NCBI GenBank assembly: GCA_012295275.1 | Contig: CM022666.1 | Location: forward strand, 8,184,001-8,248,000 | Reading direction: 5' to 3' | Origin: Chrysomallon squamiferum | Lineage: Eukaryota; Animalia; Mollusca | Length of the DNA: 64,000 nucleotides | Part shown: piece by piece, positions 1 through 32,045 of the stretch | Layout: each line of letters starts with the position of its first letter | Numbering within the stretch: the stretch's first letter is position 1 | Made by a program: the position numbers and the translations under genes | The notes under the pieces: model-generated | Database searches by the model: none | Told to the model about the DNA's origin: nothing | The model's input: the letters and a program-made list of their open reading frames with translations, nothing else

Positions 1-2585
1 TTAATTTGATTTAATTTAATTTAATTTAATTTAATTTGATTTAATTTAATTTGATTTGATTTCATTTAATTTCATTTAATTTAATTATTTTTAATGTAAT
101 GTAATGTCATTTTATTTTACTTTAGTCTACTTTATTTTATTTTTTATTTTTATTTATTTATCAGTTATTTATCTTAAATTGTAATTGGTTTCCTTCAGTA
201 AAAAAAGAAGACATGTTAATCAAAGTCTCTCTCTCTTTTCATCACTAATAAATCACTGTGCATTGTGTTAAAAAAATATTTAAAAAGTTTAAGTGTATAA
301 TTTATATGATTTTTAGAATCATGCAACATTCAGAAGGTGTCTGGTTAAATTTTTATAATAACTTATTTAGGAAATATTTTAATAATGTGAAAAATCTATC
401 AGTGAAACATGAATTATCACTAAATGAAGGCTGTCCCATTTTTAGCTATTTAAATTACCTAATGAAAAAGAAAACAGAGTAATATTATAGTTCATTCAGA
501 CAGCATTATTTTCAGGATTTTCTGCAAACTGTTGAACTGCAGAACAAGAAGAAATGCTGCTTGAAATCTTAAGCTGTTTTAAGCAGTAACGAAACTCTTC
601 GTAACTCTATTAATTAATTTCTTTCAGTCACAGTCCTTATACTATATTTATTGTTACTGATATAAAAAATGTAATTTCATTAATTTCAGAAATGGGTTAG
701 GCAAAATAAAAGTAAAGTTCAAGAACATCCTTTTCTTTGTTGAATTACAGTTTGTGCAGTGGTAAAAAAAAAAAAAAAATGTGTAACTAAAATTGACAGA
801 AAACCAATAGCTAATGGAACACTGTTAGAAATGATTTACCTAAACAAAGGTTCAGTAACCAAGCTGTTCATTAGCATTCAGACTGTCACCAGCTGACTAA
901 CTGTAGTAGCAGTTACAGTTTATATATCTATTATTATTATTGTTATTATTATTATTATTATTATTTATTTTTATAAATCATTATTATTGTTATTAGTATA
1001 ATTATTGTTATTATTATTATTATTATTATTTATTATTATTATTTTTTTTATTATTATTATTAGTTTATTATTATTAATAATATTTATCATTATTATTATA
1101 ATTTATTATTATAAATCATTATTATTATTAATATTATTGATCCATTGATCCATTTTTCCAGTTTTACTGGGGTTTTTTTATTGTTTTTTTTTCTTCTTTT
1201 TTACGAGAAAATATTACAATCTTGTTTCACAAATGATAAAATATTTTATTTTATTGTATTTTATTTTATTATTTATTTTTTATTATGTTTTAAAAAAAAG
1301 GATAATTTGTTTTTTCACAAATGATAAAAAAAACAATTCGTCTTCTTTTCACAAATTACAAAATATGTTGTGTCACAGTTGATAAATATTTTTATTCTTT
1401 AATAGATTTTACTGGTTTTGGAGTGGGGCTTTTTTCTTCACAAATGTTAAAATATTTTTTGTTCTTGATATTCAGATATTTACAAATTCTGTCATATCAT
1501 CATCTGTTTTGTTAACATTCTCAAAAGAATATTCATTCATTCCCTAGAAACTGACCATATATATTTTTATTACTACTTCACCTTATAGTATACCAGTATC
1601 ATCTTTATTATCAAAGTTTCAGTTACTTGTGTTCTCCCTTTCTAACCTAAATGCTTTTGTTTTGGGATTCTACTTTAAAATGCATTTTAAAAAAAAAAAA
1701 AAAACATTTTCACAAAATCACAGTAAAACCTTATAGTTCACAGTATTTGTATAATGATTCTCATGTTCAAACTTTTCTAATAATAAAATATAATAGTAAA
1801 ATAACATGTTGATGAAGGTATGATGAAGATATATATTTTCTCTTTCGAAAATAATGTTATGTAGTGAAAATCTCCCAAAGACTGAGTATACAGCAAACAT
1901 AATATTTAACTTGCAGAAATGATGTTAGGATTAAAGGAAATTATTTTTAAAAATTTATGTTTTTATCTTTCATGTGTCCATTTTGGCTAGTTTTTTATCC
2001 TTGTACTTTATTGTTATCAAAGTCTGGGAACCAGTAATAAATAACATAAAATATATTAGAAAATATGTAATGTAACAGTTATAGCTAAAAATATGTATGT
2101 ATTTATAATTACATATGCATATATGCATAAACTCACACAAACTCACATATATACATACATACACAGAGGTATGGTTTATGAATTAGTGTACATATAACTT
2201 AGAAATTACAGAACAAGGTTTTTAATAATTTGGGATGGCTTATTTTAGCATATTTCATTATGCTTATCTTTATGTGTAGCTTAGCATCACTGTTGTCAAA
2301 TGGGAGGCCATTTGTAATTCACGGCCTTAATAATAAAAGTGGAAATTTGTTTATGTGTCAGCTACATCCACATTGACTTGATGTATGTTAGGCATTTATT
2401 TCAGGACATAATATCCGTTTCTTTGTGTGTCTGTCTCTTTGTCTTGCATTTGTCTGTCTGTCTGTGTGTCATGTGTGTTTTTCTGTAGGTTTGTGCAGTT
2501 TTAGTTTTAAGAATCTATCAGGTGTCAGTCAGTCACTGTACGTTTGTTATACATTTTCTTTCATACTCTCATCAGGTCACACAAA

Positions 2586-2618
<33 letters not shown>

Positions 2619-2639
2619 GTACACACACACATATACTTA

Positions 2640-2864
2640 CAGGGTGGTCTAAAAGCACATGGACAGGTTATAACATTTATTTTGAAATTAATTTTTTAGA
2701 TTATTTTGAGATTATCTGAAAAGAAAACAGATTCAATTTAAATAATTTTAGTAGTAAAATTCTAAGTAATATAGCACAAATACCATATTTATAATCAACA
2801 CCATTGTAATAATATAATCCTAACCCTAACCCACATACTGTCCACCTACTTTTGGACCAGCCTG
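2640..2864. mobile_element. Tc1/mariner-type MITE (225 bp)
   Basis: Imperfect 27-bp TIRs: left CAGGGTGGTCTAAAAGCACATGGACAG, reverse complement of right end CAGGCTGGTCCAAAAGTAGGTGGACAG. TA on both flanks, no ORF. Confidence 0.7.
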
Positions 2865-4933
2865 TATATAAGCAGTAGTTGAAATCAGAAATTAATCTGA
2901 CTATTTTCCAAAGAAAATATGTTTAAAAGAACATCGGCCAAATTTGCAGACTGCACTAATAGGATTACCAAATAGTTTAATGAGAAAATTGATCAGTGTC
3001 ATTTTTATTGTTTCTTATTAAACCAAAATCTATTTGATCCTGCTGCTGATGATAAGAAAAATGTATTAATATGCAGTTAGGATAGTGAAAAAACATTTAT
3101 GCATATCGTGTGTGTGTGTGTTGTGTGTGTGTGTGGGGTGTGTGCGCCCATTCATGTTTTGGCTAGTAGAAATTTCTACTTTGTTAACAATGTTCAGTAT
3201 TATGTTGTGTTACATTCCCAAGATGGTGGCATCCTAGCTATTCATGGTGTTTGCACAAAAATTTTCTGTTTGCAGAATATTTTTTTTTTAGTAAATTTAG
3301 TCACATGTATTAGTTAACATGTGGTATTGTTGATTTGATAAATTGTTTTGAATCTGAAACCGTTTTGTATGATTTTTGTCTCTATATGTGTATGTTGGTT
3401 AAGGGAATTTTAAAAATGTTAATATTTTGTGAATGTATATTTGGCAAGTCTACATGTATGTGTGTTTGTGCGAGTGTGTGTGTATCTGTCTGTCTGTCTG
3501 TATGTTTTATATATGTGATTCGTTGTGTGTGTGTGTGTGTACAAGTATGTGTGTTATAAGGAAGTGTCTGTACCTGTGTATTTATGTTTCTGAGTGTACG
3601 TGTGTCAGAATATATCAGCATAAATATGAGAGAAAGACTTTGCATTTGACAACACACACTCACTCACTCACACACAACCAGACTCATATACACACACACA
3701 CTCATATACATAATACATACACATGCATACATATCATTGCAAGGCTCTGATTCTTTGTTTCTGTTCGTTGCGTGACGGTTTCACAAATTATTCACTGTGA
3801 CATGATCTGCTTTCATGTATGGATCTTAACTTACAGGAAACTTGTAAAAACGCACACACTGATGAATTGCTCTAGCGCTGTTGGTTAATTACAAAATTTT
3901 AGCTTACATATTTGTTCAAGTAAACATAGGTAGGTGAATTTATTTATGTATGTGTAAATTTATATTGCCTGCATATTAATGTATGAGAGAGAGAGTGTTA
4001 ACTGGAAGATCTAACACACACATGTATATACATACATACATACTGATCAGTACATTTTAAAGTTATTTCTAGTCTAACAAAAATTTCAGATAAAATGAAA
4101 ATACAATAATGACATTATACAAGAAATTAAAAAAAATAATCTGAATTCATTAATATTGTTGGAACTGAACTAAAAGTTACACAAAAATAAGTACAATGAG
4201 TAGATAATCAAGATGAATAAAATAATAATAGTCCTTAATGAAAATTGGGAAATATTGGCAAGTGAAAAAAATTCTAATGAATTTCTAGGGATTTTTATAA
4301 ATTTTGTTCATTTAAACTAATGGTTAATAGTTATCATGTGCGTATTTTTGTTTTATCAAAAATTTCAATCAATGATAATTAAATTTGTCACCAGTATCAT
4401 CAAACCACATAAACTGTTGTTAAATCAGTGAAAAAAAATGTGCATCAAAACATTTTATGTAGATGACTGGGACTTTTTCAGCAAGGGTGTCTTGCATAAT
4501 TAGAACAAAATTTGACTTTTAAAATTTTGTAAATGTATTTTATAGATGTTTGGAAAGGTTTCAGTAAGGATGTCTTGCATAACAAAAACATTTACATTTT
4601 GTTAAATCATTAATCTTTAATTTCTTAATCTTTAATTTGGTAACCTAATTTAATCTTCACATCACCAGATTTAATTAATATGGATGGAAGATCAGCATTA
4701 AATGTATAAGTGGCTTGTATTTTCTAGCTTTCATTTGTTTCATTTTGGTCAACAATTCTGATTTATTTACATGTGCAAGTTCATTGAAAGAAACAGAATG
4801 ATGTGGAAAGATGCAGAAAGAAAAATATAGATATAGAGTGAAAGACAAGAACAGTGTCTTTGAAAGACAAAAAATAAATATGTCTGAGAAAAAAAAGAAT
4901 TTGATTGAGAGAGAGAGAGAGCACGAGATGGGA

Positions 4934-4994
<61 letters not shown>

Positions 4995-6544
4995 TAAATT
5001 CTTGAAGAAAGATAGTGATAAAAATATAAAGTAGATGGATTCTGATTCTTTCAAAAATTTAAAATTTTGCTTAACAGTGTAAGTGCACAGAAATACAAAG
5101 ACGGGACGAAATAATGAAGATCTAAAGAAAAAAGAGAGAAGTAGGGCAAGGGAACAAAAGAGGAGAGAAAGAAAAAGCGAGTGAGTGAGTAGGTTAAAGA
5201 GTGTATTTCAGAACTGAAAGAAGATAAAAAAGTGAAGGAGAGTGAATGGCGTAAAGATAAACAGAAAGATAAGGACAGACAAATGCATAGATGGATGGAT
5301 GGATCTGAATTTACAACTACTAAATTTATTTTGCTTTATGTGTGTAGTAACCCTGGTTATGCCATTGTTCCTGTTTGTTTTTTTCAATGTGTTTTCTTCA
5401 TTTTCACAAGTAAGGTAAGAAATTTAACATGCTTGTTTTTTTATAAAATGTTAATTATAAAAAAATCGTCACCAATTTTCTAAATTGCTGGCAAAACTTT
5501 TCTAATTACCAAAAATAAAATTAGTTGATAAAATAATAATTATATATTGATGTTATTCATTAATTTTATATTTTAAAAGACTATTTATATAACTTGCTTG
5601 CTTTTTTTTTTTTTATGTTTATATTTTGTATTTATTATATATTTTATTTTTACTGTTGTTTTTAACTGCAGCATTTAATATACAGAAATGTTTTTTGTTT
5701 TATTTTATTCATTTATTTTTTGAATCTGTTAAACCTTTGGAAGAAGATCTGAAGATTATTGTTTTTCATTTTCTTTTCTTTTTCTTAAATACACAAAACT
5801 AGATATATGACATGACAAAAACCTTGCTTTTATTTTAGTAAATACCAGTTTATTTTATGAAAGCATATTAATGATAAATCAGTTACTTAATTTTACATTT
5901 AATTTTTTAAATTTAGAAGTTATTTTTCTGCTACTAGAGTAGAAACTGCGCAGAAAGCCAACATTAATTTCCTCAGTGAACAGCGTAAATGAAAATGTGA
6001 AATGAGAAAATTATAATCAAGTAGATTTCCTTTTGAGTGATCTTGAAGTTAACATCTGGTATCATAATATTATTAAATAAAATAACAGCAACAACAGTTT
6101 CCTAATTTCCAATCTGTATGAGGTGTAAATCACACAATTTATTACAGATTTACATACATCTGGTCGTGGAATTTTAAATTGTATACATGCCCATTGTTTT
6201 TACATAACTTACATACAGTTGTATAAAATGGAAAATTATGTAATTTTTCTTTATTTCCATTTTATTTATTTCCTGCCTAAAATTAAATTTTTTACAATGT
6301 CTGCTTAAACTCGTTCATGAAATTTCAACTGGTCAGTTTGTGAATTGAGACAAATCAAAGTTTGTTAAATGAAAAAAATAAATTCTGTCTTTGACAGGAT
6401 GTCAAATCATAAATAGCTGTATGCCAAAAAACTGGTGCTCATGCATAATCTAACTGGTAATACTGATTCATACTGCTCGCTTTATGTTAAAATAATATAT
6501 CTGATTTTATTTTAATATTTGTTAAATGATATATGGCAATTTTC

Positions 6545-6580
<36 letters not shown>

Positions 6581-7798
6581 TTTTAGTTATATGTTTTTTT
6601 TTTACTGTACATTTTTTTTTTTTTCAAAATATACCTTTTCTTTCTTTCTTTCTTCTTATTATTATATTATATTATATTGATTAATTTATTTTTTTTTTTT
6701 ATTTTATTTTATTTTATTTTATTTTATTTTATTTATATATACACACACAATCTAATAAAATATTCCTTACAGCTGATATTATTTACATACTGCTTTTCTG
6801 GTTCTTTATAACTTTTTGTAGCTTTTTTCTTTGTTATTTTTTAACTTTCTGTGTAATAAATATTTTAATGTATGTTAGCATAATTTATGAAATTATGACA
6901 CAGATACTACTGTACATATTTATGTTCTATGTGTCTTCTTTGTATTTGTTCAATATGTATGACTTTTGATCAATACATGCCTGAAATTTCAAGTGTTTTC
7001 CTTTTTTTTGATGTGTGTGTGTGTGTGTGTGTGTGTGTTTCTTTGTCACATATTAATTTTAATGTAATTTCTGTGCATTTCTTTGTGTTAATTAATGTAA
7101 ACTATTGCAAATACATGCTTTAAACACAGGACTTGGATTCTATTCTCATTTTTTTTTTTTTTTTTTATTTCTTTAAACTTTTTTTAAAACATGTATACAG
7201 AATGTAAAACATAAAAAACAGAAAATTTCCTATTTTCTTTATCTGTTCCAACAATAGTAAACATTTTTTTAAAAATAATTTATTTAATTATTATATATAT
7301 TTTTTTAAATGTCACTCTGTTAATATACACCAGTATCATCTAAGTGTGTGGTCTTTTATACTATTTTCCATTCCAAACAGGGTCTCATTCCAGTATATCA
7401 CTGGCCTTATTTTGTGTACATGTCTATGTAAAAAATCCTTTGCTTCTAGAAATAGTAGAAAATGGCTTTTTTTTTTTTTTTTTTTAAATAAGACTAGTTA
7501 ATTTAATAATTTTGATTTGGAAGTTGTAAATATTGTATAATTTTCTAGCTCATACACACACTTACATACTGCTTTTGTATTTTCATATCTAAAATATTTT
7601 TAAAAATTGTAAGAAAAAAGTACCAGCCCTAATAAAGAAAAACGAAAAACAAAACAAGATATTGAGACAAGTTTATTTTGAAAAACAAAACAAAAAAAAT
7701 CTGATGAAACTATAAATATTCACAAAAATATACAATCATGTACAATTTTCATCAGCTTACACAACAAAATAATGTCTGTATAGATGACTGAACTTAAT

Positions 7799-7864
<66 letters not shown>

Positions 7865-8464
7865 TAAAGTTCTTTTTAGCAGGTGTCAAGATTTGATCCC
7901 AGTTCTTACAGGTAAACCTTTGTTCAGATTATCTCCTTTCAAAGAAACTGACTCACTGGTAATAGTCAGATTTCTAAAACATTTTTTTATTTCTAAATAA
8001 AAATATAAGCAAATGCCAAGACTTAATTTTTTTTTTTTTTTTTTAAAAAGGTTTTTTTTTAGACTTTAAAACAATTATATAAAAATAATGAATAAATACA
8101 TTGATAATTTTTTTTATATATAAATTTTGATAAATGAAAATAAAATACTTTATATTTGTTTTATTAAGCCAAATAAATACATTTTTAAATAGTTAACATG
8201 ATTTTTTTAAATGTTCACATTTTCAGAATGTAAAGCAGAATTCTGTATGCACTGAAAACTATCATATTAAATAAATTAAAAAAATTATAAAAATTCTATA
8301 CAAATGTTCAGAATAACAAGTGTACATAATAAATTATTTAGAATACATTGATAATGAGTAGAAACTGACATGTACAAAAGATTCTAGAAAATAATAATTT
8401 AGGCGAGTTTTAGAATGAGTAGTGACAAATAGGAAGTTTTAATGTAGACAAATAATACTGGTAA

Positions 8465-8532
<68 letters not shown>

Positions 8533-9574
8533 AAAACTTAAAAGCAATTACACATATTTTTAGAATGAGCCATGAACTAATAAAATGTCCTATAACTACA
8601 TTTTATATTTCACACAAAGTATACAGTCTTTAAAATGAGTCATAACATATTTTTTTTTTTATTTACGCAATCATTTCTAGAAAATATTCTCTATAAGTTT
8701 TAAAATGAGTCCTCACTGAGTAGAATTTCTTATATATACAAACTACATTCTCTAAAAGAATATTCCATAAATCTGTTTTAGAAGTCGTAAGTTTGCTACT
8801 GCAATTTTACATTATAAACTAGGCAGCTGTTTAGACTGAGTCATGAAAATATGCACACTTATATTACAAGAATTCCAGAAAATAATATATGCATATCTTT
8901 ACAATGAAACTAATAAAAATTACTATATACATAAATATACAGAATAAATTATACGTATTTGTCAAATGAGTCCTTAAAATGGACATACACTTGAAATAAA
9001 AAAAAATTTCCAGAAAATAATAATCCCTGTGAACTCACAAACGAGTTTCTTTACAAATAAATAAAATCCATATTAAATCTAAATGCAGATGACAAACACG
9101 TCAACTAACTCAAAATAAATTTAAAACTCGTCTTTTTATCGAATCTAGAACGCAACTTAACAACACTCGCATTTATATTCAAACATAATAAACTGTAAAA
9201 TCTTCGAATTTTTATCGAAATTAAAAATAAATTAAAATGACATTTACATTTTTGACTAAAGTTAATCACAAAGCATCTCACCATTCCGTCTAAACTGAAA
9301 ATAAATTTAAAAACCTTCACCTTTCTTTTTTTCACCGACTTTTAACCCGAAATTGACAAAACATTCGCCCTTTTTATTTAAATCCGAATGCTGAATAACT
9401 CGCCTATTGATAAACACTCGCCTTTTAATCAACACTCGCCTTTTTAAAGTCTATTTAAAACACACTTCTTTGTTCTAGGAAGCACTATTTTTAAATCTGG
9501 AATCTTACGACAGTTAAAATTATTCACTTTCTTTGATCCCATGTCCAGTAAACAAACTATTTAACACACTACAA

Positions 9575-26372
<16,798 letters not shown>

Positions 26373-26618
26373 CTGAAATATCAAGAAAATTTCTGGAATT
26401 GAAATTAGGGTGAAAATTCAGACGTGTATACATGTTGAAAAATAACTTTGTATATCTAGAGGATAAGCAAGAAAAAAGTTCGAAGTAAGTAAGTAAGTAA
26501 ATAAGTAGGTATGTGAATACGCAAGTAAGAAAATAAGTAAGCAAGTATATAAGTAAATATGTAAGTAAGTAAGTTTAAGGGTAAAAAGAGGTAAACGATT
26601 AAGAAAGTGTATCATAAC

Positions 26619-27028
26619 CAGCAGCAGCAGCTGTAATAGTTATAATAACAACATTAATAACTGTAATAGTTATAATAACAACATTAGAAAACGTAGTCGT
26701 AGTCGTAGTAGTAGTAGTAGCAGCAGCAGCAAAAACAGTAGCAGCAGCTGCAGTAACAGCAGCAGAAATAGTAGTAGCGGAAGTTGTAGAGTAATTGCAA
26801 TTAAAATAACAATAACAACAACAGTTATTAAATAAATAAATACAAAAAAAAAAAAAGAAAGAAAAAAGAAATAAAGAATAAAACCAACATGTTTTTCTTG
26901 TTAATCGAAAGGAAGGGGAAAAAAATCAAAGAAGAAGAATGATTATGACGTGCCGATGACAGTGACGCCATAATCTGAGAAACGTCATCTGCAATCGTTG
27001 AAATTCTTCAGACGCAGACGACAGAAAC
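26619..27028 (-). other. Candidate upstream exon of the DUF885 gene (start codon and hydrophobic leader)
   Basis: ttttaccag acceptor at 27029-27030, ATGGCG (MASLSSARHNHSSSL...) then hydrophobic low-complexity sequence; frame broken near a poly-T run. Confidence 0.25.
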
Positions 27029-27262
27029 CTGGTAAAATAAATCACCACGGTGATGACACGTAAACACGATATATGTAAAGTGCCACAAAAAAAAAAAAAA
27101 AAATGAAGAAGAAAAAAAAAGAAAAGAAAAAGAAAAACGAAAAAAATAAAGAACAAGAAATACAGCAGTGGTTTCCGACTCAGCTTTACAAATTAACGAA
27201 AAACTTTTTTTTTTTTTTATTTAAATGAATAAATAAATAAACAAGAGTAAAAATAAAATATT

Positions 27263-27314
<52 letters not shown>

Positions 27315-27655
27315 AATAAAAAGAAAGTAAAAAAATAAAGAAAGTAAAAAGAAAAAGAAAAAAGAAAAAAAATAATAATATTAATAAAGAATTATATTCT
27401 AAATGATACTGAAACTTTTCTCATAACTTTTAAATTTCCTTGTCTAATGTTTATAGATTATTTAGCGTTATAATTATCATATAATAAAATATCTAGTTCA
27501 GGTATCAAATTTGGTATTTTCTACTAATTATATTTTTTATTTTTATACAGACAAACCCATACGCACAAACACGTACAAACATAGATATATGATCATATTT
27601 GAGAAAGATTGTATATATATGTCTCTTTGTCTACCTATTTGTTTTCTATCATCTT

Positions 27656-27742
<87 letters not shown>

Positions 27743-27779
27743 ACACACTGATACAGTATAACCGCTTGTTTAATATTAC

Positions 27780-27852
27780 GGGGATGTAGCTCAGATGGTA
27801 GAGCGCTCGCTTAGCATGTGAGAGGTACGGGGATCGATGCCCTGCATCTCCA
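27780..27852 (+). tRNA. tRNA-Ala(AGC)
   Basis: Identical to consensus; T-run terminator. Confidence 0.95.
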
Positions 27853-28021
27853 ATTAGTTTTTTTCATTTTTATATATATTATATATAATTTTTGTTGTTC
27901 TTGATGTTGCTCTTATTATTGTTCTTATTGCTGTTACTGTTGTGCGGTCACTAATATATCCTCTCATCTGTTTGGCCGAAATACAAATCTCCAATATTTA
28001 TTTATTTTGTATTATTATTAT

Positions 28022-28089
<68 letters not shown>

Positions 28090-28744
28090 ATAATAATAAT
28101 AATAATACTAAGCTCACTCATTTAAAATGTATTTGTTTTGTTGATGGTGGGCATGGGAAAAAAACTTTGTTTTTCATTTGGAAGAAGATTGATACGTAAA
28201 AGTTGTTATTTTACTCCAGATGCATTATTTTCTTTCACCCTGATAACATTTCAGACCTTCAAGCCCAAAATAAAAATATCCCAAATGTATATAGACATTT
28301 CTAGCAGAAGCTAGTCAAAACAATATCCACGAAATGTTAAACAAAGACCCCAAAGCAAGTTAATTAACGCAGCGGAATGCGTCCGTTACGTAACGGTCGA
28401 AATTTACAGGCACAGCAAGTTTTAGGCGCACCGTCTTTAGACTGTTTCCCAACAGATGAACATCTGGAGACAGGCGTTATTTTCAGCGGAACATTTCAAA
28501 CAATTCTGGTATCACCTGTCTGTCGTCGTTAAAACCGTAAAGAGAGCTGTTGAAAAACCCCGGTGAAAAACGTTAATAGTGGGATAAACCACAGTAAAAC
28601 AAAACTAGAGGCGCGTTATCCATTTTAAAATCAGTATAATTATTTAAAGTCTTTCGAGAAAATTAACTCCGTTACATACTTTATCTTATTAGAATCAGGG
28701 GTTCTTTTTTAATGGGTTTTTTTTACGTTTTTTTTTTCATTTTA

Positions 28745-28791
<47 letters not shown>

Positions 28792-29021
28792 GTTTGTTTT
28801 AGACATTTATATAAAGTAAAACATTTATTTTTGAAATTATAAGAATAATCCAGCATAGCAGAAATGTTTCCTGAAATTTTGTCTGTCACATACAAACAGA
28901 AATCTTAGATCTGTTCTTATAACTTTTATTTGATGTTTTCCCATTTTCTTAACACAGAATTCAAACATTTTTGAAAACCAATAGCTCCTATTTTCTGTGT
29001 ATTAAAATATCGTGCTATGCT

Positions 29022-29109
<88 letters not shown>

Positions 29110-29974
29110 GTTTTCTTTCAGATTTCTTTTAATATACCATTGAAGAATAAGTACACTGTTTTTGATATATTCTTGGGGTTCTTTTTGTCTTTCTTCTTCT
29201 TCTTCTTTCTTATTATTATTATTATTTGTTCATATATTTTTTCTAGACATACAAATATGCTATTAAGACGAGTGTTTCTTGTTGTGATCGCAAACTGTCC
29301 GTAACAACACGGACAAAAATCAAAACTGATCGGAAAAGCAACTGTCGAATGAATGCAGTGCTGCTGGGAAAAAAGGCAGAAATTACTTTCAACCATGTCT
29401 GCTTAGCACAATGGGCGAATGAGTGTTTCTGTGTGTGGCATTGCTATGCCTTTGAACGGGAACACTTTCGATGGAAAATAGACACAACTAATGCAATTAG
29501 AAGACATTTTTGCCTCTTTAAGAGGCACAGACCTTGAAAACAACTGGCAACAGTTGCTGAAAAGAGCGTATCGACTTCAGCCGAATGTCGCTAAACAAAT
29601 GTTAGGTATTTTAATGGTCAAGGCAAATGGTGGTGTGCGTGTTGGTTTCCAGGGTTAAGTGAGAGACAGAGAGTGTCGTGTTCAGTGGATGTGTTGTGAA
29701 AAACGCCACAGTGGCAGCTGTAACAGTGATCACAATGGTAATGTAATAGGCTGAAGTGTTTGAGGTGGGGCAAAAAAACCACACACACCTTTTATATTAC
29801 GTTTCACACTTAACATTTTCAGAGAATCACACAGCTTAAAAGTAAAATCATTAACAGGGAAAAGAAAACTTTATTTTTATGCAGTACCGTACATTATTTA
29901 CATATGTTTACTCTGATTTATTTATTTATCTTATTACCAAACTCATAACATTACGTTACCCCATTGTTATAGTG

Positions 29975-30275
29975 CAGTGATTCCCAACCTTTTCATCAAT
30001 GCGAAGCCCTATAACATTTTTTAATATCCTGCGGTGCCCCCCCACACACATTTATTTTATTTTACCAGGCATGATATCCATATTATCCATGTGCATTGTA
30101 CGTAGTAATCATTGTAATGTTATTGTAGATGTATTCGTTCTGTCTATTTCATTCTGTCCATCTAACTGCCCCCAGTTTCTCCTTTTTTATTTATTAGTTA
30201 TGTCATCTCTCGCGGAGCCCTTGATGATGCACCGCGGAGCACAAAGGCTCCGAGGAGCCCCGGTTGGGATCACTG
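29975..30275. mobile_element. hAT (Charlie-like) MITE, 301 bp
   Basis: TIRs CAGTGATTCCCAACC and GGTTGGGATCACTG; subterminal GCGGAGC repeats; 8-bp flanks ttatagtg/ttataaca only partly match. Confidence 0.7.
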
Positions 30276-30337
30276 TTATAACAGCAGACTGAATGCCGAT
30301 TTTTGATACAATCAAGGGATTTCATTAATACATGCAA

Positions 30338-30410
30338 GGGGATGTAGCTCATATGGTAGAGCGCTCGCTTAGCATGTGAGAAGTACGGGGATCGATGCCC
30401 TGCATCTCCA
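30338..30410 (+). tRNA. tRNA-Ala(AGC) variant (G15T, G45A)
   Basis: Full cloverleaf, 2 substitutions versus consensus. Confidence 0.85.
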
Positions 30411-30762
30411 ATTTTTATTTATTTTAACATCTATTTTATCTGTATATTTATCTAATAATTTGTACATTGAGATTTCCTTAGTGTTAGTTATCCTTAAAAA
30501 CATATTTAAAATTATATATATATTAAATCTATAAAAATGAAATCTATACAAAGAAATATTTTCTTATTTTTAAAATATATTTTTTAATCTTAGAATTCAG
30601 TAACAAAGGAAGAAAGAAACAGTGTGAAAATGAGAACGTTAGGAGAACGGAACATAAGTAATATAAATAAATACATTTTAATTAATGACACAGAGTAATA
30701 GATGTAAGAGAGAAGTTTATATCTTCACGGATCAGAGGCAACAAAAGACATAGAGTTGTCAC

Positions 30763-30835
30763 GGGGATGTAGCTCAGATGGTAGAGCGCTCGCTTAGCAT
30801 GTGAGAAGTACGGGGATCGATGCCCTGCATCTCCA
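30763..30835 (+). tRNA. tRNA-Ala(AGC) (G45A)
   Basis: Full cloverleaf, T-run terminator. Confidence 0.92.
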
Positions 30836-30936
30836 AATTTTTATTTATTTATTATTATAATTATTTTAACAACGATCGACCTCGTTTATATTTTGTTTTC
30901 ATGCTTTTTATCTTTAATAAAAAATATATATACATA

Positions 30937-31686
30937 CAGTGGTACCGTGACTTTCGAGTTTAACGCGTTCCGTGACCGAGCTCATAACTCAAATTGCTCG
31001 TATATCAAATCAGTTTTCCCAGCTGAAATTAATTGAAATACCATCAATCCGTTACAGCCCCCCCCAAAAAACCACCCCAACTTTTTGTAACGTGTTTTTA
31101 AATAAGAAAAATGTATGTATAATGACAAATAGTTTATAAAAATAAAATAAAAGAGAATGTAAATAAATGAATTGGTAGGGTTTCTACATCTTTTCATAAA
31201 CAGAGCTCCGCAGCTTACAAACTATTTTTACGCCTTTGGCTGGAGTTACAGCCTTTATCAACTCCTTCTGCTTCAGTATGGTACATATCGTAAAAGTACT
31301 AGCCATGTTAAATACACGCAGACCTCGCTTATATTTTGTATGATTTCATGTTTTAATTCAATGGACATCATCCGCTTTTTCTTCTCAACACTGTCCTTTG
31401 CCCTCACTTTCTTAGGATCCATGGAAATTTGGCAAAATACTGCAGAAAATGCGAGCACGACACAAAGGAGATGCTTCCACGGCGAGGTAACCACGCAAAG
31501 CAAAAGAGTGAGATGCGGCATACTGGACGGATGTTGTGTTGTTCGTTGCGCCAACTAACGGCGGCGTATCTGAAGCTCGCTCGTAACTCGGAATTTGGCT
31601 CGCAACTCAAATCAAAAACAGATTGTGCGGCTGCTCGTAACTCGAAAAACTCGTACTTTGAGCACTCGTAACTCGAGGTAACACTA
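30937..31686 (-). mobile_element. Internally deleted pogo/Tigger DNA transposon (750 bp)
   Basis: TIRs CAGTGGTACCGTGACTTTCGAG and (rc) TAGTGTTACCTCGAGTTACGAG, TA flanks. Minus-strand frameshifted transposase N-terminus MDPKKVRAKDSVEKKKRMMSIELKHEII...TICTILKQKELIKAVTPAKG (CENP-B/psq HTH-like). Confidence 0.85.
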
Positions 31687-31870
31687 TATATAAAATGAAA
31701 TTAAAAATATAAATGAATAAAGCAATATATATCAATTGTTTCTCATTATTAAAATATGTTTTTTAATCTTAAAAATCAGTAACAAAGAAAGAATCTCGAA
31801 CTAAAATAAATAATATATGATAAAATGACAGAAACAATGATAGAGGTAAACAGAGTAATAGAATAGAAAT

Positions 31871-31943
31871 GGGGATGTAGCTCAGATGGTAGAGCGCTCG
31901 CTTAGCATGTGAGAGGTACGGGGATCGATGCCCTGCATCTCCA
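31871..31943 (+). tRNA. tRNA-Ala(AGC)
   Basis: Identical to consensus; long T-run terminator. Confidence 0.95.
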
Positions 31944-32045
31944 GTGTTTTTTTTTTTTTTTTCGTTCTTTCATTTTCTTTGTTAATTAATTAACTATGTT
32001 ATTTACCGATTAACTATGTTGAACTTTACCGATTTAGAAAAGTAT

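Noticed and set aside
2819-2832. CCTAACCCTAACCC telomere-like motif
   Set aside because: Only two units, internal to a MITE.
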